Positions 26,622 to 37,957 of a stretch of DNA of 64,000 nucleotides are shown here, in pieces. The notes beneath the pieces were generated by a model. It worked only from the letters and a program-made list of their open reading frames with translations. It did no database searches and had not been told where the DNA came from. The stretch lies in the NCBI GenBank assembly GCA_004022145.1, contig RCNU01000005.1; one strand, written 5' to 3'. Every line of letters begins with the position of its first letter. Within the stretch, counting starts at the first letter, position 1. Source of the stretch: Paecilomyces variotii (Eukaryota). The position numbers and the translations under genes were made by a program.

Positions 26622-27109
26622 GCCTGAGCTTCCCTTCCCGTTGCCGACAACTTCATGGGTAATAAGCGAGCGCCGTTAGAAATCAAAAATCTTAGGAATC
26701 ATTGCATTTCCCTTTATCTACATTACAGGGGTCCAATACCCTGCTTATAGCGTAATAATATGCGCCAATGGTGCGGATGTCACCCCGCAGCAGATATTGT
26801 AAAATTGGCTTGTATTATTTTGCGCCTCTTAACAACCAGACTACGGCTAAAGATACCAGTATGGTATTGTAGTGTTATCACGAAATACTCGGGCATATGT
26901 TTTGCATGCATAGAAGATGTATCTCTTAATAGGTCTTAGTGCGAGACTCGTGCTACGTTTGGGTCGCATACTTGAACAGAGTGAAGTCGTCTGTTTCCGG
27001 CACACGCTTCTTTTGTAAATATATCTACTTCACAGTTGGCCTAAAAAGAAGTCTCTCGATAAAACAGTGACTTCTATATTCGAACTCTGAGAAGGCTAAT
27101 CAAATCACC

Positions 27110-28826
27110 ATGGGTTCAGTAGGCGATGCGAACTATGAGAATGGGGCTGGGGGACAGAAGCAGATCCTTCTAAATGCCTTTGATATGTCCACGGTGGGAC
27201 ACTTATCACCAGGCCAGTGGAAAGTAGGCAAAAATCAACGATTGGGATCCAAGCTAGCGACATTATGTTGACCACTGCTTCATAGGATCCGGATGATAGA
27301 TCAGCCACGAAACGAAAGCTGGACTACTGGGTTAATTTGGCCAAAGTGTTAGAGAAAGGAGATATCAATGCTTTGTTTCTGGCTGACACCTACGGTGGCT
27401 ATGACACATATGAAGATTCGCTGGACAATTGTATCCGAAGAGCTGCGCAATGGCCAGTCACGGACCCTACAATTGTAAGACCCTTCTTGTCCCATCTATT
27501 TTTCTGTCGTCTAATTATCTGTTGTGTATAGCCGATCAGTGCCATGGCTGCAGTGACCAAGAACTTGGCTTTCGGGATTACTGCCTCAACATCCTTCGAA
27601 CCTCCGTTTCTTCTGGCGAAGAGATTCTCCACACTCGACCATCTGACAAATGGCCGAATTGGTTGGAATATTGTGACATCCTGGAAGAAAGGGGCGTTTA
27701 AGGCTATTGGACTGGACGAACCGATCGAGCATGACCGTCGTTATGCTCAAGCAGATGAGTATCTGCGTCTAACATACAAGTATATTACTCCACCCATATA
27801 TTCGTATGATATATACTAAATTTGCATAAACGTTTAGACTATGGGAAGGCTCATGGGCAGATGACGCAGTCGTTGCTGATGCGGAGAATGATACCTATGT
27901 TGATCCGGACAAGGTCAGAGTGATTGACCACAAGGGAGAATTCTACAACCTTGAAAGTAGACATATCGTCGATCCTAGCCCTCAGAGGACGCCGTTCCTC
28001 TTCCAAGCTGGAACATCACCGTAAGTAACGCTCCCCATATCTATCCCGCTTGCCACGGATGCTAAATTGATTTTGCAGAGCCGGGTCCCAGTTTGGTGCA
28101 ACTCATGCGGAGGCTATCTTTGTTTCCGCGCACAGCCCTTCTGTCTTGAAGCCCAGGGTTGCAAAGATTCGGGAATTGGCACAGGCGGCCGGTCGTGATC
28201 CTCAATCCATCAACTTCTTTGCTACCTTTACCCCGATTATTGGCCGGACAGAAGAAGAGGCAAAAGCAAAGTTTGAAAGAGCGAAGCGCTACGCTTCCCC
28301 TATCGGGGGGCTCGTTCTCTTCTCTGGCTGGACGGGAATAGACATCTCCAAGATCCCGCTGGATGAGGAGATAGACCCCGAAAAGCATTCTCTAGAGAAG
28401 CACAAGGTTACGTCGATCGCAGAAACTCTCACTGCCAGAACTCCAGAGCTACCCTCCCTGACACCTCGCTTGGTCGCTGAAGTTGCGTCCATCGGTGGGT
28501 TAGGACCTGTAGCTGTTGGTACTCCAGCCCAGGTGGCAGACGAGCTCCAACGTTGGATCCGGGAGGCTGATATCGACGGATTCAACCTTGGTTATGTTAC
28601 AACGCCTGGAACCTTTGAAGACGTCGTCGATTTGCTCGTACCCGAGCTTCGCAGTCGCGGCGTCTACCCTCCAAAGAGGGATGAGCAAGATCCACCACTG
28701 ACTGCCCGGGAGAAGGTGTACGGAAAAGGTCAAAATAGGCTGCGTGACGATCATGTGGGCAGTCACTACAAATATCCAGTATATAAGACCGACCCTCCCT
28801 TCATTAAAGAGGCTCCTTCGCAGTGA
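27110..28826 (+). CDS. NtaA/SnaA/DszA-family FMNH2-dependent monooxygenase 2, 5 exons, ~493 aa
   Basis: LNAFDMSTVGHLSPGQWK, FLADTYGGYDTY, AKRFSTLDHLTNGRIGWNIVTS, PSPQRTPFLFQAGTS. Exons 27110-27223, 27286-27474, 27532-27779, 27838-28020, 28079-28826. Confidence 0.93.
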
Positions 28827-29577
28827 ATATAGCTGCCTGTCTGTCCTTGATCAGATTAGCATTATTGACACGGGGATCTAAAGTCAGACGATAGACGCCG
28901 TTATTCAAGAGCGGCCGTCCTCGTGGTCTGGTATTTCGAACCCCGAGATAATTTCAGGAACCAGTCCATATAACACGAATAAAAGGATAAATTCATTATG
29001 ATTCATCCAATCAGTTCCCTGTTAATTCACTCGTTCGTTAACCAACTAACTAGTTAGTTAGCCAACTAGCTATTTTTACATAAGCATAAGACAGGCCGCG
29101 TCTCTTTCGCGTTCTAGTTAACTATTTAGTATGAGACTATGAGCTAAGTAGTTTGATGCTAATTTATCTTCAACGTTCTGGAATGCGATGATAAGACAAT
29201 ATGAGTTATACAGGCCGCAAAAAGGCTTATTCCTGCTGCATATTTCGGCATAAGCTTATCATGCCCAGTTGTTTCGGTCAGCTCAGATCATGTACTCCAA
29301 TCACTGGGTCTTACATCAATGTAGGGATGAATGGCGTGCGATCGGACAACAGTGCCAACCCTGTGTTTCTCTCTATTTCAGACGCCATGTTTACAAATAC
29401 ACTACAGCAATGGGCATCTTGCTACCTGTGCCGTAGATACTCAATTTTATCTCTCTCAGACACTCCCGACATATCGAGACCCCTTTCACAGTCTAATATT
29501 GCTATGCCTTAATCTGGATCGGCACCTTCATCTGGTTAGCCACTACGAAGCTCAATAACAGTTACAGGACCGAAACA

Positions 29578-31305
29578 ATGGATGACGCGGAGACTCTGAC
29601 GGAGGCTCTTCTGCCAGCATCTCAGGACTATCAGACATTCAGCACAGAGAGACCGTCGCAAGAAGAAGCAGAAGACCTTCGAGCCATCGAGCATGACACG
29701 CTACCAGAGACGGCCACCTACGGCAGGAATCTCAACTGGTCCAGTGCCTACATCCTCGTCATATCCAGAGTCATAGGGAGCGGGATATTTGCGACCCCAG
29801 GAGCGATACTGAAGTCGGCGGGAAGCACCGGTTTGGCACTGGTATTATGGGTCGTCGGTGCTATTTTATCAGCATGCGGTCTCGCGGTCTCCCTTGAATA
29901 TGGATGCATGCTGCCTCGGTCCGGTGGAGATAAGGTCTATCTCGAGTTTACCTATCGACATCCTAGGTTCCTCGCCTCAACCCTGATAGCCGCACAAGCA
30001 GTGCTTCTAGGCTTCACAGCCAGCAACTGCATTGTATTTTCCAAGTACATATGGTTTGCGCTCAATGTGCAGCCAACGGAGTTCCAAAATAAAGTCTTGG
30101 CTGCCGGCCTATTAACGATTATAACGTTCGTGCACGCCCGATTTCTGAAGACAGGCATTTGGATCCAGAATATGCTAGGGTGGATCAAGGTCTTCCTAGT
30201 TGCCATAATGGCAATCACTGGCCTGTTCGTGATTACATTTCATCATCAAAAGGATACCGATATTGGGTCTTCTTCCACGGCTGCTGCGACGGCCTTGCTT
30301 TCCTGGGATGAACTCTGGAGAGATACTAACTGGAGCTGGGGAACCATCTCCACATCCCTCTTCAAGGTCTTCTACTCATATGCTGGCCTGAGTAACGTCA
30401 ATAATGTCTTGAATGAAGTCAAGAACCCGGTTCGCACTCTAAAGACTGTCGGTCCGGCTGCTCTTATCACGGCGTGTGGCCTCTATCTTCTGGCCAATGT
30501 ATCTTACTTTCTCGTGGTTCCGATCCAAGAGATCAAAGAGAGCGGGGAATTGGTCGCAGCCCTATTTTTTGAACGGGCCTTTGGACCTCATTTGGGCAGA
30601 ACGATCCTCCCTTTAGCCATCGCAATTTCAGCAGCTGGAAATGTGATGGTGGTCACATTCACTCTTGTAAGTGGCCTATGTCTGCGATTTCAGCTGGACT
30701 CTGACAATGTATAGGCACGAGTGAACCAAGAAGTGGCCCGCCAAGGCTTCCTACCTTTTGCCAGGACGCTATCCTCCTCTCGCCCTTATAACTCTCCCCT
30801 GGGTGGTCTTATCGTACACTATATCCCATCTATATTGGTGATAACTCTTCCACCGCAAGGTGATGTCTATAATTTCATTCTTGACGTGGAAGGCTATCCC
30901 GGCCAGTTCTTTGCGTTGGCGATTACAGTTGGTCTTCTGCTTTTACGTTATCGACGTCCTGATCTCGAAAGACCGTTTAAAGCCTGGCTACCTGCTGTGT
31001 GGCTAAGGATTATTGTATGCCTAGCTTTGTTGGCAGCACCATTCTTCCCGCCTCCGGGCTGGAAAGGGGACGTGGATTTCTTCTATGCTACTTATGCCGT
31101 AGTTGGCGTGGGAATGTATGTCATCACTTCAATTTCTCATATCTTTGCTCAAGCTGACTTAAACAGAATCCTTTTCGCTGTAATCTACTGGTATGTATGG
31201 ACGGTTTTGCTACCTAGATGGAGAGGATATACTTTGGAAGAGGAGGTTGAAGTTCTGGAGGATGGGACCAGCATTACGAAGCTCGTCCATTATTATAAAT
31301 CATAG
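29578..31305 (+). CDS. LAT/APC-family amino-acid permease, methionine permease (Mup1/Mup3)-like, 3 exons
   Basis: SRVIGSGIFATPG, EYGCMLPRSGGDKVYLEFTY, SYAGLSNVNNVLNEVKNPVRTLK, ARVNQEVARQG, RPFKAW. Confidence 0.88.
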
Positions 31306-31716
31306 ACTATAAATGATCAGTAGGATAGCTATCAATAGAGCGTCATAGTTTCCCAAGGATGATAATTATACCGAGTGTGACATGTTGCCTAAATTCTGAA
31401 ACCGATCATGCGCCCCTTATCACTCCTGCAGCTACGCGGATTGTTCGTTATTTGCCAGCGAGTATTGAGTTGGCTTCCGGGATCAGCATAGTATGCATCA
31501 GGTCCAATAGGATCTATTTGCATTTCTCAGCATACAACTTTGACGCTATCGACTGTAATAATGGCATGCTGATCTGACAAATTGCCAGCTTTACCCCGCT
31601 TCTGTCATATACAAAATATCAAATATATATAGAGCTTTCTTGTAATCCTACAATATAGATCCTCAAGCACAACATATTTGCTTGTGGTCTTTACATAAAG
31701 GTATTATTCAATCGAC

Positions 31717-32694
31717 ATGGCTTCTGCAGTAGTGGGCCTGCCTTCTGGACAGGACGCATCCCTTCATGTCCAAAAATCGTTCCCCGTTAATTCATCAGAA
31801 AAGCCCCATCATGTTCAGACCATTCTTAATTATTACAAAGATCCTGGCGATGGCTCTCTTCCTTCGCCATCCTACGTCGGCAGGCCAGAAACCTACAATA
31901 ACAAGCCTGTGGAACCTACCTCGGTCACTGTGACGGATATTAGCGGCCATGAACTTGATTACACTCTCGACAAGAACGGCTTTCAGATCTACTATCATGA
32001 GAGTAAGGAAAAGGACTTTCTTGACGACGAGAAAATCCAAAAGGAGTATTATCCCGAGACAGAACAGTTGTTGAAGGACGCGTGAGTTGCATGATCACCT
32101 TCAAGCCCGTGATATTCTGGGATAGATAGCTGACAAGATGTGTGATACTGCTATAGGACCGGAGCTTCCCGCGTCTTCATCTTTGATCACACTATCAGAC
32201 GAGCTCCAAAAGATACTCGCACTCCCGAGGCTCAACTCCGAGGTCCAGTACAGCGCGTGCACATCGACCAGTCTTACGAAGCCAGCAAGAACCGTGTCAC
32301 TCACCACCTCCCTGACGAAGCCGACGAGCTTCTCAAGGGTCGTTACCAGATCATCAATGTCTGGCGCCCGATAAAGACCATCTACAAGGATCCATTGGCT
32401 GTCGCGGATGCTCACACTGTCCCCGACAGCGACCTCGTCGGTGTCCCTCTGATTTACCCCAATCGAGCCGGAGAGACTTACACTGTGCGACCGAACCCAG
32501 CACACAAGTGGTACTACCGCTATGGACAGACGCCGGAGATGGTCACTCTGATCAAGTGTTTTGATTCCAAGACCGATGGTCGAGCTCGAAGAGTGCCTCA
32601 TACCGCGTTTATCAATCCCGAAACTGAGGGAGCAGATCCGCGTGAAAGTATCGAGGTTAGAGCTCTTGTATTCCATCCCGAGGATAGGGATTAA
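31717..32694 (+). CDS. AsaB/CmcJ/NvfI-like (GA4-desaturase-related) oxygenase, 2 exons, ~300 aa
   Basis: YTLDKNGFQ, YYPETEQLLK, FDHTIRR, VHIDQS, INVWRPI, PHTAF, RESIEVRALVF; intron 32082-32156. Confidence 0.88.
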
Positions 32695-33493
32695 ATTTGT
32701 ATTATGTTGATCTTCTAGTATACGAGTTGGTAATAGGGCAATTTCACTCTTTATTGAATAGTCTAATAGTCCCCATGGTAGTAAAGTTCATTTATTCTTA
32801 AGGTTATAGCACGATCGATATGCTTAAACCATTCTATGATAAGAATAATCTTAGCGCACTAATCGTACAGAGTTATTGTTCCGATTTACATACAATGGCT
32901 CATTTCATAGTAACCTAGTTTCCCAGAACTATGTCCTGGGCAGTATTTTTCAAAGAAATATCACACTTTCTAGGAGAGGAAACTTCAAGAGCAGCATCCA
33001 GGAAGCTTTAGAACGCAGCACAAAACACAGATCTTGGAACGGGTTTTCCTGGTCTGCGCACTGTTCGTAATCGCAGCTAGAAATGCCGTGATAGCACGTA
33101 ATCCGTTGAAACATCACAACGTGCATATATGACCTCGGCGATCCAGCCAATGAGAACGCCACAAACAATATAGGCGATACTCGCCATGAGGTGTAGACGG
33201 AACTACCCCGATAACCTAGACCTTAATTATGGTCGCAAATTAAGCGTTACTAGTGGTATAGCAACCTTTTGGTGGAGGCGTTTTCCACGTTGTATGTTGC
33301 CGACATTCGCGTGGGACTATACCCGAAGATTTGGCAGGTTCTCGTATAATAATATACGATTCTAATGTCCGTGCCAAGTAAAGCTGTTATAGTTTGTTTT
33401 TGATTCTCTGCGATAAATATAAGAAGCCTGGTCGCTGCTATCTACTGGGCATAGCTCTCCTTGTCAAGTGTTCGAGAGCCATTCCATTCCAAG

Positions 33494-35069
33494 ATGGCGG
33501 ACCGCAAAGTGGTGGTTCCTAACGATGAAGAGATAGCTTACTCTCACAGTCAGGAACATCCAAATGGTATGTTATGTTCACAATAAACAGTTCTAAGAAT
33601 GCGCAGGCGCTCACACAACGCAGTGAAATGGTATCGATCGACTTTCTACAATGCGCTCATTCTGGGACTGTGCAACTTCCTCGCCCCGGGTATCTGGGGT
33701 GCAATGAACTCCCTCGGTGGTGGAGGAGACGAGTCACCTTATTTGGTCAATGCGGCCAATGCTCTGACTTTCTGTCTGATGGTATTATCATGTTTCTTTG
33801 GAAGTGTCGTGGTACGCTATATCGGGATTAAATGGACGTTTATTATTGGGACGATGGGATATGCGCCCTTCGCAGCAGGGCTTTACACTCATAACCGATT
33901 TGGGTTTGACTGGCTGGTCCTTTTAGGTGCAGCACTATGCGGCCTGTCTGCTGGAATTTTCTGGATGGCGGAAGCAGCAATTGCTCTTGCGTATCCTGAG
34001 CCCCATAACCAGGGACGTTTCCTCGGCTTTTGGTTGAGTTTCCGTGTCGGAGGACAGATCGTTGGAGGCGCTGTGAACCTGGGCATCAACATCAAGAGAA
34101 ATACCGCGGGAAAAGTCTCATATACCGTGTTCATCATTTTCATCGTGCTCCAGGCACTTGGTCCGTTTGCCGGTCTTCTCTTGAACAAGCCCTCGCAAGT
34201 TCAACGAACTGACGGGCTACCGGTCCGATTGAGAATCACCAAAAGTCCATGGGTTGAGGTCAAGGAAATGACCAAGCTCTTCTTCAGCCGGAACTTCCTG
34301 TTGATTGTCCCGCTTATCTCCCAGGCTGTCTACTCCGAGGCAGTCATGTACAGTTACCAAGACTTATGGTTCAGCGTCCGAGCTCGTGCTCTGGGATCGT
34401 TCCTCTCTGGAATTATTGCACTCATTCTGGGGAACGTCCTTGGTGCTTTTTTGGACCGGAAAGATATTTCTCTAAAAAAGAGAAACCGCTTTACGTTCTT
34501 CACGGTACTCGCGCTCCAGGGTGGCTGGTGGATATGGGGAACAATCCTGGTCACAGAGTTCCATAAGACGAATCCATCTTATGACTGGGTCGACCCTGGT
34601 TTTGGCAGAGCCTTCGCCCTATTCTTATTCCTGGTTGCTGGTTTTCAGCTGAACTATCTCTATCTGTGAGTCACTTATTATTCCGTTCTCCCGTGTAGAT
34701 CCTGAACCGGCGGAAACCTAACATCTCACTACAGGTACTTCGTCGTTGGGAACATCGCCAAGGACGAAGAAGAAGTCATTCGTATTGCAGGATTGCTTCG
34801 CGGTACCGAGTCTGCGGCTCAGGCTGTCAGCGTAAGTAATGCTGTTTTCCGTTTAAACAGAATATGCTGAAGATGAACTAACGTTGGAACAGTACGGCCT
34901 TAGCAGTGTGCCTATCATGGCATCTATCGGGAATTTCTATCTCAACTTCGCTCTCTGGGCGGTTGCATTGATTCCAGCATGGATTGTTACAAAGGATATT
35001 GGTGTCACGCTAGGTGACAGGAAGGTTGAGAGAGAAACAAAACTCTTGCGTGAATCTGCAAGCGAATGA
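33494..35069 (+). CDS. UNC-93-like (DUF895) MFS membrane protein, 4 exons
   Basis: LGLCNFLAPGIWGAMNSLGGGG, AGIFWMAEAAIALAYPEP, FSVRARALGS, GLLRGTESAAQAVS|YGL; first intron 33567-33590. Confidence 0.85.
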
Positions 35070-35350
35070 GAGGAGCTCCGTATTAGAGTACTTGCTTTGA
35101 GGATGTGCAAACAGGAATACATACCTTTTGACTTCATTAAACATCGAAGTTTACAGCAAAGTCCACTGCCCAATATTGGTTCTTTTTATTCAACGCTATC
35201 AAAGCTTCTAATTTGGTCTATATATGATAATTTTCGTATTAGTACGAAGGTCTTCGTTTGTGATAGGTATAAACGACGAGTCTATAACTAGACCATAAGC
35301 ATCATGAACCCCAATTTTGGTTTTAGCTAGTACACCATAACCTAAATCTT

Positions 35351-37213
35351 CTACACCGCGCTGACTTCTACCTCTGCATCTTTCCTCCGAATACCTGAAT
35401 AAAACTGCCTCTCCTCCAAAACCTTAATATCATCTCCTGCAAAAACTTTCCCTTCCTTCTGCGCTTTGTGTCGCAGCCGAGCAATCCTCCGCACGTCCCA
35501 TTCCAAGTTCCTCGTTAACCACCACGTCCATAGATTCGCAAAGAAGGCCGCAATGATCGAAGAGCCCGCGATTGCGAAACTGTTCTTGTAGCGGTTATAC
35601 GCCCATTTCTCCTGAAAGAGTTGCGGTCCAATCACACCACCTATTTGACCGACGCAGTTTTGGAAGCCCAAGGCGAAGGCCGCGCCAGTTGAGCCCTTTA
35701 GGGTCGTGGAGCGCCAGGCCCAGAAGGGGATGAAGTACATGCTGTAGAACATGGTGCCGAGGATACAGGCGACGTAGATTCCGGCGGGTGATGATATGGT
35801 GAAGAATAGTACGAAACAGACGACCATGCCGACCATGATGATCCTTTGTATATAGAGGTTAGATCACGGAAGCTGCCAGTATTTCGTAGCGATGGGATAG
35901 GGAGGGGAATCATACATAATATAAGCCGGTCGGGTTATATAGGCCCGTTTGATAAAATAAGCAGAAAATATAATCGCCAGAATGGAAGCCGCTGCAGGCG
36001 GGATATTAAGCAGCTGGTTCTTCGGTAATCCAGCAAACCCAAGACTTGTGGTGATTGTCGGCAGGTACCAACTGAGCGAGTAGCCACCTAGATTAACAAA
36101 GAACTGCGAGAGCATGAAGGCCCACATCGATTGTGTCTTCAGTGCTTCGATTACTTCTTCCTTCTTAAAAGCGGGATCACTGGTCACTGGAGCAGTTTCT
36201 GGCAGACGCGCCTCTATAAATTCCTGTTCTCGTGATGTGAGCCACTTGTTGCTTCGGGGGGATTTTGGGTAGTCGGGCAAGACTAGCCAGATGATAACAG
36301 AGAAAAGGATCGTCGCAATCCCCTCGAGGAGATAGACCCTGAGAATATACGTCAATATTTCGATATTACAGGCTGCGAGCAAGTCAAACTCACCAACGCC
36401 AGGCACTCAGCCCCCTCATGCCATTCATATAGCTGATGGCATAGCAAATCAATGACCCGACCACTGTTGCCAATTGTTGAATGCCGAACATCCATGCAAT
36501 AGGTCTGCCCATCTCGTCTGGGCGATACCAACTGGCCAATTGTACAGCCACCCCTGGGAACATTCCCGCCTCCAGCATACCCAGAAGGAATCGCAGCGCA
36601 TATAATGCTGCACGATTCTGGGCCGCAGCGTGACAGGCAAGGATAATGCCCCAAGAACAAAAAATTCGAGTTTGCCATACACGTGGGCCCACTTTCTTCA
36701 TGACCAAATTGCTTGGAGCTTCGAAGATAATGTAGCTGATCTAAAGATGGCATCGCAAGAGGTTAGCCAAAGAACGTTAATCTTGTACGAAGTATGTCCA
36801 GTCTTACAAAGTAGATAGATTGAATCCAATTATACTGGTCGGCTGTCATATGGAGTTCTTTCAGTATATTTCTGTCACTTCCCACCTGGAGCACTTTAAC
36901 ACTCGAGGCATTGGTGTAGTCAATCTATTCACATATTTCCAATCCCAGGTCAACAACCATTTGCACGCTGTATCCATGGCTAACTTACCGTCTTTATCAT
37001 GTACATTATTCCAGTGAGGAGCAGGAACCGCGCATCCACCTTCTTCATGATACTCTTCTCTTCCTCCGCCGTGAAGCTCGACAGGAATTCTGCTTTTGCT
37101 ACGGGGTCATCGCGCAGAATCCTCTCTTCAGCCCCAGTGACCTCAAGAGCGGGCCGTTTGCCTGAAGATTCAGACGGAGGCCCTTTGGGACGAGCCTCTG
37201 TTGTTGACTCCAT
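35351..37213 (-). CDS. MFS transporter, anion:cation symporter (Dal5/Tna1/Soa1/AstA-like) family, multi-exon
   Basis: MKKVDARFL, IDYTNAS, FEAPSNL, RFLLGMLEAGMFPG, WYRPDEM, GLSAWRW, LLEGIAT, LPDYP, LLNIPP. Confidence 0.88.
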
Positions 37214-37666
37214 GTTGTCGAAGCCCCCGAAGATGAAGATGGTTTGGCTCTACCTAAGGGAAGAAGTACTCCGTATAGCTAGATATGAAGATAAAATTAC
37301 GAGCTTCGCCCAGATATATATGTATCCTGAATCCTAGAGACCTTGGCGGGCTTAGATACATATCCAGGCCAACATTTTACTAAGAAGCGGTCTTTGCTAT
37401 CTGAGCGGTATCACCCGCCTTGCAAACGCATGTATATCGGCATCCTTGGCAGTCAATCGCAATTGCCAGTTAATAAGTATACTACTGGCAAGCGGAATAT
37501 CTCCGCAAAGTGGCAAAGGGAAAATATTTCCCGTAACCAGAACACGTATAACATTACCGGGACCATTTATCCCTCATAGTCGGGAGAGGAATGGTACTAT
37601 GCTACTGCCACAAGACGCAAGAACGTCCCTAAGATTTCAATGATATGAGGGCGAGTGGTCTCGCGC

Positions 37667-37683
37667 ACGCCATCGGATGGCGT
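37667..37683. promoter_or_regulatory. Inverted repeat ACGCCATC-G-GATGGCGT, candidate CYS-3/MetR-type bZIP element
   Basis: Perfect 8-bp arms; includes ATGGCGTTAT (one mismatch to ATGRYRYCAT); ~460 bp upstream of the MFS ATG at 37213. Confidence 0.45.
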
Positions 37684-37957
37684 TATTTCCCATCCTAGTA
37701 GCGTGGAACAAAACAAAAATTACAATGCTGTATTGATAGCGGTTTTTGCATATTGCTGGCAATCCATAGCTCTTTAGTTCGTTACCCTAACAAAATGATG
37801 TATACGGGGTTCAGGCTAACTCACTGTCGCAGCAGAGACAGTTGGAAGCCGCCGGGGCTATTTACTAGGTCGTTTTGTATCTATATATCCAGGACAAAAC
37901 ATCGTTCGTTAACATGTTGGCCTATATACAGACGTATTTTTTTTTCGTATTAAACAT

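Noticed and set aside
13994-37213. Secondary-metabolite biosynthetic cluster
   Set aside because: No PKS, NRPS, terpene cyclase, DMATS or RiPP precursor; gene content and Cys/Met depletion fit catabolic scavenging better
12900-37950. Starship or transposon origin for the accessory block
   Set aside because: No tyrosine-recombinase captain, transposase, LTR/TIR or target-site duplication was recognised
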